Below, in pieces: positions 1 through 7,864 of a stretch of DNA of 24,000 bases (the first letter of the stretch is position 1; the number at the start of each line of letters is the position of its first letter). The DNA is from Methylohalomonas lacus (GTDB lineage Bacteria; Pseudomonadota; Gammaproteobacteria; Methylohalomonadales; Methylohalomonadaceae), in NCBI RefSeq assembly GCF_024808875.1, contig NZ_JANUCT010000025.1, positions 1 through 24,000 on the forward strand, read 5' to 3'. Position numbers and translations under genes: made by a program. The notes under the pieces were generated by a model that saw only the letters and a list, made by a program, of their open reading frames with translations, made no database searches and was not told the origin of the DNA.

Positions 1-329
1 GGCATGGTCGCCTCAACTCACTGTTTTGTCGGAAAAACAATGATAACAGGCACCATGCCCATCCTTAATTAAACCGCAAAGATCAACAGGCCCTAATTTA
101 GCATTAATTGCTTACTCTATTGGCAATTTCAGTACATTCCTTAACCATTCCACAGTGTCAGTTACGTATTTGAATGCTAATAGTTCCCCGGTATCCCAAA
201 CATTTCCAATGCGAATGCGAACGTTTTTCCTTTTCCAAGTAACTGCTAGTAATCAACAGACTCGCGTGGCCGATACGGAACGCTGACGGTCGCAGGTACT
301 AATTACAAGGCCAGTCAAGTCTCTATTGA

Positions 330-1676
330 TCAAAAAGCGGTGGAATTAATATCCAATTTGCGCCTGACAGCAATAATCAGCAGTCCGTTCCAGCAGGCCA
401 GCGTGACCGCCGTGGCCATAGCCGCGCCGTTGATGCCGAAGCGCGGGATGAGGATGAGATTGAGAAGAATGTTGACGACGGCGGCGCAGCCGACGCCCCA
501 GGCAGTGAGCCGTTCATGACCGCTCATATTCAGCAGTAAAGCGACCGAGCCGGCGGCGGCATTGCACAGCTGGCCGGCGGCGAGGATGGCCAGCGCCGTG
601 TGGGCGCCGCGGTAGTCGCTGCCAAACACCAGCTCCAGCAGCGTAGCGCCGAACAGGGCGAAGACGGCCGCCACCGGCAACGCGATCAGCAGAACCACGC
701 GGGCGCTGGCTTTGACCATGCGCTGCAGACGCTCGCGCTCGCCCTGCTGGTATAAGCGCGTGATGTGCGGGGCGAGCACCATGTTCAGCGCCGTCAGCCC
801 GAATGCGACCAGCACGCTGCCCTGGACGGCGACTTTATAAAGACCCACCGCCGCATTGTCGGTAAGGATGCCGAGCATGACGATGTCGGCCTGGTTGTTG
901 ATGACCTGAATGCCGGTGATCAGGCTGAACGGCAGGACGCCGGCCAGCCATTCGCTTGAGCTATACGCCGGTGCCACCGTCTGTACCTGCAACGGCAGGG
1001 CGCGCCGCAGCAGCCAGCTGCCGGCGATAAACGCGGTCAGCGCGGCGGCGGCGTGCGCCAGCATGGCCAGCGGCGGCGTCAGCGACAGACCGACGGCAAA
1101 TGCCAGTGCAAACAGCACCAGCAATCCGGGCGTGAGCACCATTTCGGCAAGCTGGCCCTGCACCACCCGGCGCAGTCCCCGCAATGCGGCACCGCGCAGA
1201 CTGTTCAGCGCCAGCAAGGGCAACAGCAGCAGACCAATGGCGAAGGTCAGGCGGCCGGGTTCGGCCAGGGATTCACCCCGCCCCAGGATGATCAGCAGTG
1301 CCAGGGCGCCAATGATCAGCGCCATGAGGCTGACCGCCTGATGGCTACGGCGCAACGCGCCGCGCAGCAGCGGCCATTGCTCGTGCAGCTGGTATTTGGC
1401 GACTTCGCGAACCAGCAGGTTGGGAACGCCGAACATGGCGGGGATGGCCAGCAGCATGATGATCGACAGGGCGAAGGCATAAGTGCCGTAGCCGGCCGGC
1501 CCCAGCAGGCGCGCCAATACGACGGCCACCGCCAGGTTCAGCAGCAGCCCGGCGATCTTGACGGCCATGCTGCCGATGCCGCCGCGGATCAGCTGGCCGC
1601 GCAATGACTCGCTGCCGCCGAGCAGCCGTTCGAAGCGGCCGGTTGTCGCGGGTTCAGTCGGATCGGGGCTGGCCAT
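330..1676 (-). CDS. Polysaccharide/O-antigen flippase, Wzx-like (MOP-superfamily 'polysaccharide biosynthesis protein')
   Basis: 448-aa ORF with ATG at 1676 and TGA at 330-332. It is hydrophobic throughout with many predicted TM helices. The N-terminal pattern ...KIAGLLLNLAVAVVLARLLGPAGYGTYAFALSII...VREVAKY is typical of Polysacc_synt/Wzx proteins. The + strand ORFs inside it (765-959, 910-1341, 1053-1607) are low-complexity shadows. Confidence 0.75.
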   Translation of the reverse strand: MASPDPTEPATTGRFERLLGGSESLRGQLIRGGIGSMAVKIAGLLLNLAVAVVLARLLGPAGYGTYAFALSIIMLLAIPAMFGVPNLLVREVAKYQLHEQWPLLRGALRRSHQAVSLMALIIGALALLIILGRGESLAEPGRLTFAIGLLLLPLLALNSLRGAALRGLRRVVQGQLAEMVLTPGLLVLFALAFAVGLSLTPPLAMLAHAAAALTAFIAGSWLLRRALPLQVQTVAPAYSSSEWLAGVLPFSLITGIQVINNQADIVMLGILTDNAAVGLYKVAVQGSVLVAFGLTALNMVLAPHITRLYQQGERERLQRMVKASARVVLLIALPVAAVFALFGATLLELVFGSDYRGAHTALAILAAGQLCNAAAGSVALLLNMSGHERLTAWGVGCAAVVNILLNLILIPRFGINGAAMATAVTLACWNGLLIIAVRRKLDINSTAF

Positions 1677-1796
1677 GCACGGGCTGCGTTCTGGTTCGGT
1701 CGGTGGCGTTGGAACCGGGATGACGCATTATGCGGTAGTTGGTGGTGCGGAGACCAGTGGCAGGCCCGACCTTGTGTCGAATGGTTTGGTGTATGT

Positions 1797-1820
1797 GTTC
1801 GCGGCGGGGGCGCCGCTCCT
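1797..1820 (+). repeat. REP-like GC-rich palindromic core, copy A (GTTCGCGGCGGGGGCGCCGCTCCT)
   Basis: Exact 24-nt string is repeated at 11181-11204 and 14611-14634. It contains the hairpin GCGGCG-GGGG-CGCCGC. It lies in the intergenic gap between the flippase start and the vapC stop. Confidence 0.8.
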
Positions 1821-1834
1821 GACGGATCTTTTGT

Positions 1835-2233
1835 TTACCAGATTGTTTGTACGTGCGGGTAATCGTGCATTTTGCTGTCCCGGGTGATCAGCGGCAAGCC
1901 GAGGTAGCGCGCTGTTGCGACGATCAGCCGGTCTGCGGGATCGGGGTGGAACGGGCCGGGCAGTTGCACCGAGCGCAATGCCAGATGATTGCTGACGGGA
2001 ATGAACTCGATCGCATCGATGGCTTCGCTATGGGCCAGCCAGTCCTCGACATCGATGGTCAGCTCCAGCCTGCCCTTTTCAACCAGCATGGCTACCTCCC
2101 ATGTACTGATGCTGGATATGTAAACCGGGGCGGACTCGGACAGAACGTTGTCGATATACGTGCGTGCCGGCCTAGAGAGCTGGTCCGGATCACTCAGCCA
2201 CCAGATCCAGGCGTGGGTGTCGAGCACGATCAC
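1835..2233 (-). CDS. vapC: Type II toxin, PIN-domain ribonuclease VapC
   Basis: 132 aa. The N-terminus (M)IVLDTHAWIWW carries the PIN acidic Asp, followed by WEVAML, DPADRLIVATA and ITRD, matching the conserved PIN acidic-residue spacing. The GTG start at 2233-2231 overlaps the upstream antitoxin stop (GTGA overlap), indicating translational coupling. Confidence 0.85.
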   Translation of the reverse strand: MIVLDTHAWIWWLSDPDQLSRPARTYIDNVLSESAPVYISSISTWEVAMLVEKGRLELTIDVEDWLAHSEAIDAIEFIPVSNHLALRSVQLPGPFHPDPADRLIVATARYLGLPLITRDSKMHDYPHVQTIW

Positions 2234-2457
2234 CGGCCGGCTTCCCAGTCGTCATCGGCCACCGGCTGTTCCGGATCGACATAGCGCTTCACCGTGCCAC
2301 GCAGCATACGCAAAGGATCACGCTGGTTCGGCACGTAGCGGGTCACGCGAATCGTGCTGCGACCGTGGTCGGTGATGATGAGATCCTCGCCGGTTTCCTC
2401 GACATGGCGGAAATGCTCCAGCGCGCGGGATTTGAAGCGGGATTTGGAGATTTGCAT
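2230..2457 (-). CDS. Type II antitoxin, Phd/YefM-type, partner of VapC
   Basis: The ORF-track ORF is 2230-2487. I place the start at ATG 2457-2455 (MQISKSRFKSRALEHFRHVEETGEDLIITDHGRS...) because GGAGG (complement of 2464-2468) lies 6 nt upstream. The N-terminal fold pattern is typical of Phd/YefM antitoxins, and the C-terminal tail is acidic (DDDWEAG). There is a 4-nt overlap with vapC. Confidence 0.75.
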   Translation of the reverse strand: MQISKSRFKSRALEHFRHVEETGEDLIITDHGRSTIRVTRYVPNQRDPLRMLRGTVKRYVDPEQPVADDDWEAGR

Positions 2458-2473
2458 GGCCGGCCTCCAGTTA

Positions 2474-2498
2474 ATGACCGGGGTCATATTACCATGGT
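2474..2498. promoter_or_regulatory. Candidate vapB-vapC operator palindromes
   Basis: ATGACC-GG-GGTCAT (2474-2487) and ACCATGGT (2491-2498) lie 17-41 nt upstream of the antitoxin start. GGTCA/TGACC half-sites are repeated. TA operons are typically autoregulated at such sites. Confidence 0.4.
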
Positions 2499-2577
2499 CA
2501 CTTTTGCTCGTCCAGCATTAACGCCCCCACGAATCTAATGTCGCCGTGACCTGTCCTCGGGCCGAATGTTGGCACAT

Positions 2578-2841
2578 GTCTCGCGGCGGGGCGCTGCTCC
2601 TAACCCTGGCTCGCCCTAGGACGAAGGTTGACTGTATCGAACATAAATTCCGGATAGCCACCTACGCGGCTTCCGACATGACGATGTTTAAATATTTCGT
2701 GGTATCCGAATTTACGTCATATAAAGGGCTGGCCTCTGCTTCAGGTAAGCTAGCGTGGGGAGAGAAATCCCTTCGTCAATGGCTCTGAGCCACGCGGAAT
2801 GCATTCAGGCCAACCGCAGGGAGAGCCGAAATCTGCTTTTT
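2578..2841 (+). repeat. Composite REP/MITE-like intergenic element, copy B (~264 bp)
   Basis: The left end is a degenerate core, GTCTCGCGGCGGGGCGCTGCTCCT. The next ~60 nt align with 14635-14692 (CCCTGGCTCGCCCT...CTGTATCGAACAT..ATTCCG). The middle (ATTCCGGATAGCC...GACATGACGATGTTTAAATATTTCG...ACGTCAT) and the right end (CCGCAGGGAGAGCCGAAATCTGCTTTTT) align with 11265-11389. The ORF 2546-2788 inside it is judged spurious. Confidence 0.7.
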
Positions 2842-2956
2842 GTCTGACGTCAACTAATTTGGCCGGTTTGGCGACAAATTAGGATGGTCTGTCGCACGAC
2901 TGCCCGTACCCCCCCCCTTGTCCGGGGTGGCGGACCTGACAACCGGGCGCTCATGA

Positions 2957-3029
2957 ATATCCCCTATAGGGGATATTGCGATTTTATCCCTTACAGGGTA
3001 TATTTTGAAAAAATACCTTGGAGGGGATA
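2957..3029 (+). promoter_or_regulatory. hipBA promoter with HipB operator sites (TATCC-N8-GGATA)
   Basis: A perfect 20-bp palindrome ATATCCCCTATAGGGGATAT (2957-2976) contains TATCC-N8-GGATA. A second site, TATCC-CTTACAGG-GTATA (2985-3002), has one mismatch. A degenerate right half-site GGATA lies at 3025-3029. A sigma70-like TTGCGA (2976-2981)-N17-TATATT (2999-3004) is interleaved with the operators. GGAGG at 3020-3024 precedes ATG 3033. Confidence 0.6.
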
Positions 3030-3032
3030 TCC

Positions 3033-3278
3033 ATGGAACACCTGGTTCATACACCCGAGCAGCTCGGCCTCGTGCTCAATAACCAGCGCCGGGCCCGGCA
3101 ACTGACCCAGGCCCAGGCGGCCCGGGCCGTCGGCCTGCGGGCCAAGACCGTCTCTGGCCTGGAGAACCGGCCCGCGGGCGCCACCCTAGCCAGCTTCTTC
3201 AAGCTGCTGGCCGCCCTCGACCTAGAGCTGGTGATCCGTCGCCGAGGCCCGTCATCAACATCCCACACGGAGTGGTGA
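3033..3278 (+). CDS. hipB: HipB antitoxin, XRE/Cro-type HTH regulator
   Basis: The ORF-track ORF starts at 3018. ATG 3033 is preferred because the SD GGAGG lies 8 nt upstream. MEHLVHTPEQLGLVLNNQRRARQLTQAQAARAVGLRAKTVSGLE is a classic XRE HTH. The stop TGA at 3276-3278 is 1 nt before the hipA ATG. Confidence 0.8.
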   Translation: MEHLVHTPEQLGLVLNNQRRARQLTQAQAARAVGLRAKTVSGLENRPAGATLASFFKLLAALDLELVIRRRGPSSTSHTEW

Positions 3279-3279
3279 C

Positions 3280-4596
3280 ATGGCCCGCCCCGCCACGCAG
3301 CGCCGACTCGGGATCTGGATGAACGGTGAGCATGTCGGTGACTGGGATACAGGTCGCCACGGCCAGCAAAGTTTCCGGTATGCGGCCGACTGGCTCGACA
3401 GCCCGGCGGTGCGCCCGCTGTCGCTGTCCATGCCCGTGCAGGCGCCGGACCAGGTCTATACCGATGAGCGGGTGGAGAATTTCTTCGACAACCTGCTGCC
3501 CGACAGCATCGACATCCGCCGGCGAATACAGCAGCGCTTCAGTGCGGCTTCCACGCGTCCTTTTGATCTGCTGGCCGAACTGGGCCGGGACTGTGTCGGT
3601 GCCATTCAGTTATTGCCCGGAGATACCGAGCCCGGTGATCTCCGAACCATCACGGGACAACGGTTAAGCGATAGCGACGTGGCCGACCGGTTACGCCGCG
3701 TACCAATGACGCCCCTGCCCGGACAAGCCGATGACGAATTCCGCATTTCCATTGCCGGTGCCCAGGAGAAGACCGCCCTGCTCTGGCATGACGGCGCCTG
3801 GCATCAACCCGAAGGCCCGACGCCATCAACGCATATATTTAAGCTACCGCTGGGACGCGTCGGTGACATGCAGGCCGATCTGAGCACCTCAGTCGAAAAC
3901 GAGTGGCTGTGTCATCAGATCCTGGCGGCTTATGGGTTACCCGTCGCCGAATGCGAAATGGCCACCTTCGAGGATCAGAAAGCCCTAATCAGCCGACGCT
4001 TTGATCGCAAACTGGCCGGTACGGGTGACTGGTGGCTGCGGCTTCCCCAGGAAGACCTGTGTCAGGCACTCGCCGTCTCCCCCGATCAGAAATACGAACG
4101 GGATGGCGGCCCGGGTATCCCGACCATTATGGATTTACTGCTGGGTGCCCATGAGCCAATCGCCAACCGCGAGTTGTTTTTCAAAAGCCAGATACTATTC
4201 TGGATGCTGGCGGCTATGGACGGTCACGCCAAGAATTTCAGTGTCTACATCGAACCGCAGGGCCGATACAGACTGACTCCTTTCTATGACATTCTGTCTG
4301 CATTGCCTGTTATCGGTCAGGGAACCAGCCTGATTGCGCCTCAGAAGGTCCGTATGGCCATGGCCATGACCGGCAGGAACCGTCATTATGAGTGGGACAA
4401 GATTCAACGACGGCACATAGTTGAAACAGGACACCGCTCTGGTTTAGATGTTGAACCTATCATTAATAAAGTTATTGAACAGACGCCAGAAGTTGTTGAA
4501 ACAGTTAGATCCAAATTACCCGCTCAGTTTCCTGAGCAGGTATCCCGACCAGTATTATCCGGATTACTGGAAAAATCTACTAGGTTAAAAAGTTGA
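3280..4596 (+). CDS. hipA: HipA toxin, serine/threonine kinase
   Basis: 438 aa. It has the HipA N-terminal coupling domain (LGIWMNGEHVG...SLSMP...ENFFDNLLPD...RDCVGAIQL). The P-loop-like ISIAGAQEKTALL corresponds to the E. coli autophosphorylation loop. The catalytic motif is MDGHAKNFSV, followed by TPFYDILSA. Confidence 0.9.
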   Translation: MARPATQRRLGIWMNGEHVGDWDTGRHGQQSFRYAADWLDSPAVRPLSLSMPVQAPDQVYTDERVENFFDNLLPDSIDIRRRIQQRFSAASTRPFDLLAELGRDCVGAIQLLPGDTEPGDLRTITGQRLSDSDVADRLRRVPMTPLPGQADDEFRISIAGAQEKTALLWHDGAWHQPEGPTPSTHIFKLPLGRVGDMQADLSTSVENEWLCHQILAAYGLPVAECEMATFEDQKALISRRFDRKLAGTGDWWLRLPQEDLCQALAVSPDQKYERDGGPGIPTIMDLLLGAHEPIANRELFFKSQILFWMLAAMDGHAKNFSVYIEPQGRYRLTPFYDILSALPVIGQGTSLIAPQKVRMAMAMTGRNRHYEWDKIQRRHIVETGHRSGLDVEPIINKVIEQTPEVVETVRSKLPAQFPEQVSRPVLSGLLEKSTRLKS

Positions 4597-4646
4597 TCGA
4601 TAGCAAATTGCTTCGAGCTTGCTACATTGGAGTTCGATCATTTTCG

Positions 4647-4754
4647 ATTGCCACTATCAAGGCGCAGCACTGGCTTTCATACCGTGGCTCGTCCTACTTT
4701 GCAGCAGGGGCGCAACCTATTGCAACTATCAAGCCGCTGCACTGGCTTTCATAC
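4647..4754 (+). repeat. Two 36-bp direct repeats separated by a 36-bp spacer
   Basis: ATTGCCACTATCAAGGCGCAGCACTGGCTTTCATAC (4647-4682) and ATTGCAACTATCAAGCCGCTGCACTGGCTTTCATAC (4719-4754) match at 33 of 36 positions with a 72-bp period. They lie directly downstream of hipA and are followed by hairpins GCTCGC-GATT-GCGAGC (4791-4806) and AAATACAA-GCTTGA-TTGTATTT (4813-4834). Confidence 0.7.
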
Positions 4755-5001
4755 AGCCCCGCCTACAACCCGCAACAATCCGGCTATGCGGCTCGCGATT
4801 GCGAGCGGTACTAAATACAAGCTTGATTGTATTTGTTTGACGATTAATTTCAATCATAAGTAATTGATTTTAATCTGCGAACGGTCTTCAGGTTCCAGAG
4901 CATCATTAAACCGCTCGCACATCACCGGCGACTGTCTCTGACAGCGCCACGTCTGTGCCTCGAGATGCGCCACTTCCAACTCCTGCAGGATCACCAGCGG
5001 C

Positions 5002-5616
5002 TCATGTCAAAATTTTGTACTGCCTAAGCCATTTCAGTATGGTCTCGACACATTCGTCGACGGATTGCTCATCCGTGTCGACGATGATCTCCGGTGTCTG
5101 TGGTTCTTCGTAAGGCGAGTCTATGCCGGTGAACTCGGGAATCTGCCCGGCGCGTGCCTTTTTGTAGAGACCCTTCGGATCGCGCGCTTCGCAGGTTTCC
5201 AGCGGTGCCCGGCAGTAGATTTCGATGAAGTCGCCCGGCTCGACCAGGCTGCGGGCGATCTGGCGGTCGCTACGAAACGGTGAAATGAAAGCGGTCAGCG
5301 TGATGACACCCGCCTGCATCATCAGGCGACTGACTTCGCCGATGCGACGGATGTTTTCGGTGCGGTCGGCGTCGGTGAAGCCGAGATCCTTGCACAGGCC
5401 GCGGCGGACGTTGTCGCCGTCGAGGACGTAGGTTCTGATTTTATCCCGGTGCAGGCGATCTTCGAGCGCGTGGGCGATGGTCGACTTGCCCGCACCGGAT
5501 AGACCAGTAAACCAGAGTATCGCTCCCCTGTGACCGTTCAGTGCTTCACGGTGCTCGCGCAGGACGGTGGGGTCGTGCCAGACGGTGTTCTGGTTGGTGA
5601 TTCTGTCCTTGGTCAT
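5002..5616 (-). CDS. cysC: Adenylyl-sulfate (APS) kinase
   Basis: 204 aa. It has the Walker A motif in [16 protein letters not shown], the APS-kinase motifs [12 protein letters not shown]...DLGF...[12 protein letters not shown], and ISPFRSDR. Confidence 0.9.
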   Translation of the reverse strand: MTKDRITNQNTVWHDPTVLREHREALNGHRGAILWFTGLSGAGKSTIAHALEDRLHRDKIRTYVLDGDNVRRGLCKDLGFTDADRTENIRRIGEVSRLMMQAGVITLTAFISPFRSDRQIARSLVEPGDFIEIYCRAPLETCEARDPKGLYKKARAGQIPEFTGIDSPYEEPQTPEIIVDTDEQSVDECVETILKWLRQYKILT

Positions 5617-5806
5617 GGGCTGATTGGCTAGTGAGTTGGTTGGCGCTCAGGTTATGGGGCGGACGGGAATTTGTCCAGATAGACCATGGCCTGTGGTTGG
5701 GCCACCGATCAATGGAGAAGAGCGGTCCCGAGATCGCGCCAGCCGGTCTTGTGGATCGGTATCTGGCTCGCTATCGTTAACGCAGAGTCAAGGCGGAATA
5801 TTTCAG

Positions 5807-7864
5807 ATGCAGGAACCGGAAGATCCAAAGACCCCGATTGATTTCGAGGCCTTCCTGAGCGATGCGGCGGCCCAGATCCGCCAGCACGAAGATCCGCAGC
5901 AGTTCCTGGACTGGTGCCGCAAGTTCCTGCCGCGTTACCTGTTGACCTTTGACAGTGACTTTCCGGAGCCCGGCAGCCCGGAATGGCCGGCTTTTGCCCT
6001 GTACATCGGCCGCGGGATCTGGAACGCGATGCCGCTGCCGGGCAACGACTATCGGCCCCGGCCGCTGCCCGCCCCCGGTCGCAACGATCCCTGTCCCTGC
6101 GGCTCGGGGCGCAAGTACAAGCGCTGCTGCATCCGCCTGGACGCCGGCGACATGCAGCTGGACAGCCGCACCCTGTGGCCCTACCTGGCCCGCCAGTTCA
6201 AACAAAATGAACTCGGCGCGCTCGCCGGCAGTGGCGCGATCCCGGTGGCATCGCTCGTGGACATTGCCCAGCAATTCCTCGACCAGCTTCAGACGAAAAA
6301 GTGCATTGCCGTTCTCGAGCCGCTGTTCAGCAGTCCCATCCGCAAACCCGACGCCCTGCATGATGAAGCCCTGACCCTGCTATGCGAGGGCTATGACGAT
6401 CTGGGCTATCACAATAAGAAGATGGCCCTGCTAAAGTGGGTAACCGAGACCCATCCGGCCTCGGTGCTGCGTGCCGGCGCCTGGCAACGGCTCGCCACCA
6501 TCCGCCTGGACGAGGGCGACAGCGAAGCCGCCTGGGCCGCCTTTGAGCAGGCCGGGCGTGACGAACCCGATGCGCTCAGCCTGGGGCTGCTCGAGATCCA
6601 GATGCTCTACGCCGAGAACCGGATCGAGGAGTGCCGCCAGCGGGCGGATTACTGGCTGCAGCGCCTGAAGCAGCTCGAGTTTGATCCGGAAGAAATGCCG
6701 GCGCGTTTTTTTGCCGTGGCCAGTCACGATCCCGGTGCCGCCATGGCCAATATCGGCCTCGGCCGCAGTGACGGTGCCGGCACCTGGCTGCAGGACTGGT
6801 TGAGCCAGCATGCGGACCGGCCGATTCCGGCCTACGCGGTAACGGAAGAACCGGTGCTCGAGCTCGCGGGAGAAAAAGCCGGAACGGCCACCGATTTGCT
6901 CGAGCATCTGCGCGCGATGGGCATCCCGGAAGAACAGGTGCCTGAGGATCTGCTAGACGATCTCGATTCGGACAAGCAGGCACCGCAGGAAGATGAAAAC
7001 ACTGAAGACGATCCGGCTATCGATGAAGAATCGCTATTTCTTCAGGGCCCGGATTTGTCGGAAGTGACAGCCCAGTGGCGCGCGGTCTTTCCGCTGGGCA
7101 AGCCGTTTTCCGTCCATGAGGTACCCTTCGATGAATCCGGCGAGGTGTGGATGCCGGATATCGAGCTGTCCTGGATGAAAGTGCTCGATGAACACCCTGA
7201 GGCTCTGGACAGCCTGGACATCATCGACGACCTGGCGACCGCCCTGTACCTGCACCCTGACTATGGTGCGCGCTGGCTGGACGACGCCCTGCTGTTACCC
7301 GTGCTGGAGCGGGCGCGGGCCATCATTGAACAGGCGTTCGCACAAATCAGCACGCCCCGCCTGCTCTGGCTGTACAGCGAAAACCGTTCCGCGCTCCGCA
7401 ACCTGGTCAGGCTTTATGCCGCCTATGATCGACTGGGGTGGGGCGACGAGGCGCTGGCACTCGCCGAATGGATCCTGGCATTAAACCCGCATGACAGCCA
7501 TGGCCTGCGCTATCTCATCATCAATGAACGCCTGCGCCGGGGTGACGACACCGCAGCTTTGTCGCTGGCCGAACAATACTCGGACGACATTCAGCCTGAT
7601 CCGCTCTATGGACGGGCGCTGGCCCTCTATCGACTGGGTCGCTTATATGAAGCCGATGCCGCCCTGCAGGTCGCCACGCAGCGAGTGCCCAAGGTCGTCG
7701 ACTATCTCTGCAGAAAACGGATCCGTGAGCCGGAGTTGAGTTCATTTGGCATTCAAGTCGGCGGCGATGATCAGGCCTGGTACTACCGGCTGGAAATGCG
7801 CGAAACCTGGGCACAAACAGCGGGTGCCCTAGCCTGGCTCAAGAAGCATCAGACCGATCACTAA
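5807..7864 (+). CDS. SEC-C metal-binding motif protein with helical (TPR-like) repeat regions, function unknown
   Basis: The ORF-track ORF starts at TTG 5624, but its first 61 aa look like translated non-coding DNA. ATG 5807 (MQEPEDPKTPIDFEAF...) is preferred. The SEC-C motif RNDPCPCGSGRKYKRCC is encoded at 6080-6130. The central acidic linker is DDLDSDKQAPQEDENTEDDPAIDEE. The C-terminal region has TPR-like helical repeats (ALALAEWILALNPHDSHGLRYL...LYGRALALYRLGRLYEA). Confidence 0.6.
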   Translation: MQEPEDPKTPIDFEAFLSDAAAQIRQHEDPQQFLDWCRKFLPRYLLTFDSDFPEPGSPEWPAFALYIGRGIWNAMPLPGNDYRPRPLPAPGRNDPCPCGSGRKYKRCCIRLDAGDMQLDSRTLWPYLARQFKQNELGALAGSGAIPVASLVDIAQQFLDQLQTKKCIAVLEPLFSSPIRKPDALHDEALTLLCEGYDDLGYHNKKMALLKWVTETHPASVLRAGAWQRLATIRLDEGDSEAAWAAFEQAGRDEPDALSLGLLEIQMLYAENRIEECRQRADYWLQRLKQLEFDPEEMPARFFAVASHDPGAAMANIGLGRSDGAGTWLQDWLSQHADRPIPAYAVTEEPVLELAGEKAGTATDLLEHLRAMGIPEEQVPEDLLDDLDSDKQAPQEDENTEDDPAIDEESLFLQGPDLSEVTAQWRAVFPLGKPFSVHEVPFDESGEVWMPDIELSWMKVLDEHPEALDSLDIIDDLATALYLHPDYGARWLDDALLLPVLERARAIIEQAFAQISTPRLLWLYSENRSALRNLVRLYAAYDRLGWGDEALALAEWILALNPHDSHGLRYLIINERLRRGDDTAALSLAEQYSDDIQPDPLYGRALALYRLGRLYEADAALQVATQRVPKVVDYLCRKRIREPELSSFGIQVGGDDQAWYYRLEMRETWAQTAGALAWLKKHQTDH

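Noticed and set aside
1-329. AT-rich left edge as a coding region (downstream polysaccharide gene, or the end of a + strand gene finishing at TAA 70-72)
   Set aside because: All three minus-strand frames carry stops within the first ~120 nt. The only open + frame is 23 codons (GMVASTHCFVGKTMITGTMPILN*) with nothing recognisable, so there is not enough evidence to annotate it. The inverted repeat GGCATGGTCGCC/GGCACCATGCC (1-12 / 49-59) is noted but not interpretable.
2546-2788. 80-aa ORF between vapB and hipB, with similar ORFs at 11141-11434 and 11431-11766
   Set aside because: They lie entirely within the REP/MITE-like repeats, whose copies differ by indels that would break any reading frame.
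4647-4754. Calling the 36/36/36-bp repeat-spacer-repeat a CRISPR array
   Set aside because: There are only two repeat copies with three mismatches, no third unit at the expected period on either side, no leader-like feature I can define, and no cas genes in the window. It is kept as a generic repeat and a finding, not a CRISPR feature.
4593-4863. Three overlapping + strand ORFs (73, 73 and 78 aa) downstream of hipA as a third TA gene
   Set aside because: All three frames are open across the same repeat-containing DNA. The translated repeats (IATIKAQHWLSY / IATIKPLHWLSY) simply mirror the DNA repeat. There is no SD and no recognisable fold, so this is most likely non-coding.
4854-4994. Small minus-strand ORF (~46 codons from GTG 4994: VILQELEVAHLEAQTWRCQRQSPVMCERFNDALEPEDRSQIKINYL) just downstream of cysC
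   Set aside because: It has no SD, uses a non-ATG start, is short, and shows no similarity I can recognise. It may be a gene fragment or chance ORF, so it is not annotated.
5624-5806. N-terminal 61-aa extension (TTG start) of the SEC-C protein
   Set aside because: The extension would begin only 8 nt from the divergent cysC start. It translates to a Gly/Ser/Arg/Pro-rich string with no structure. ATG 5807 gives a plausible N-terminus.
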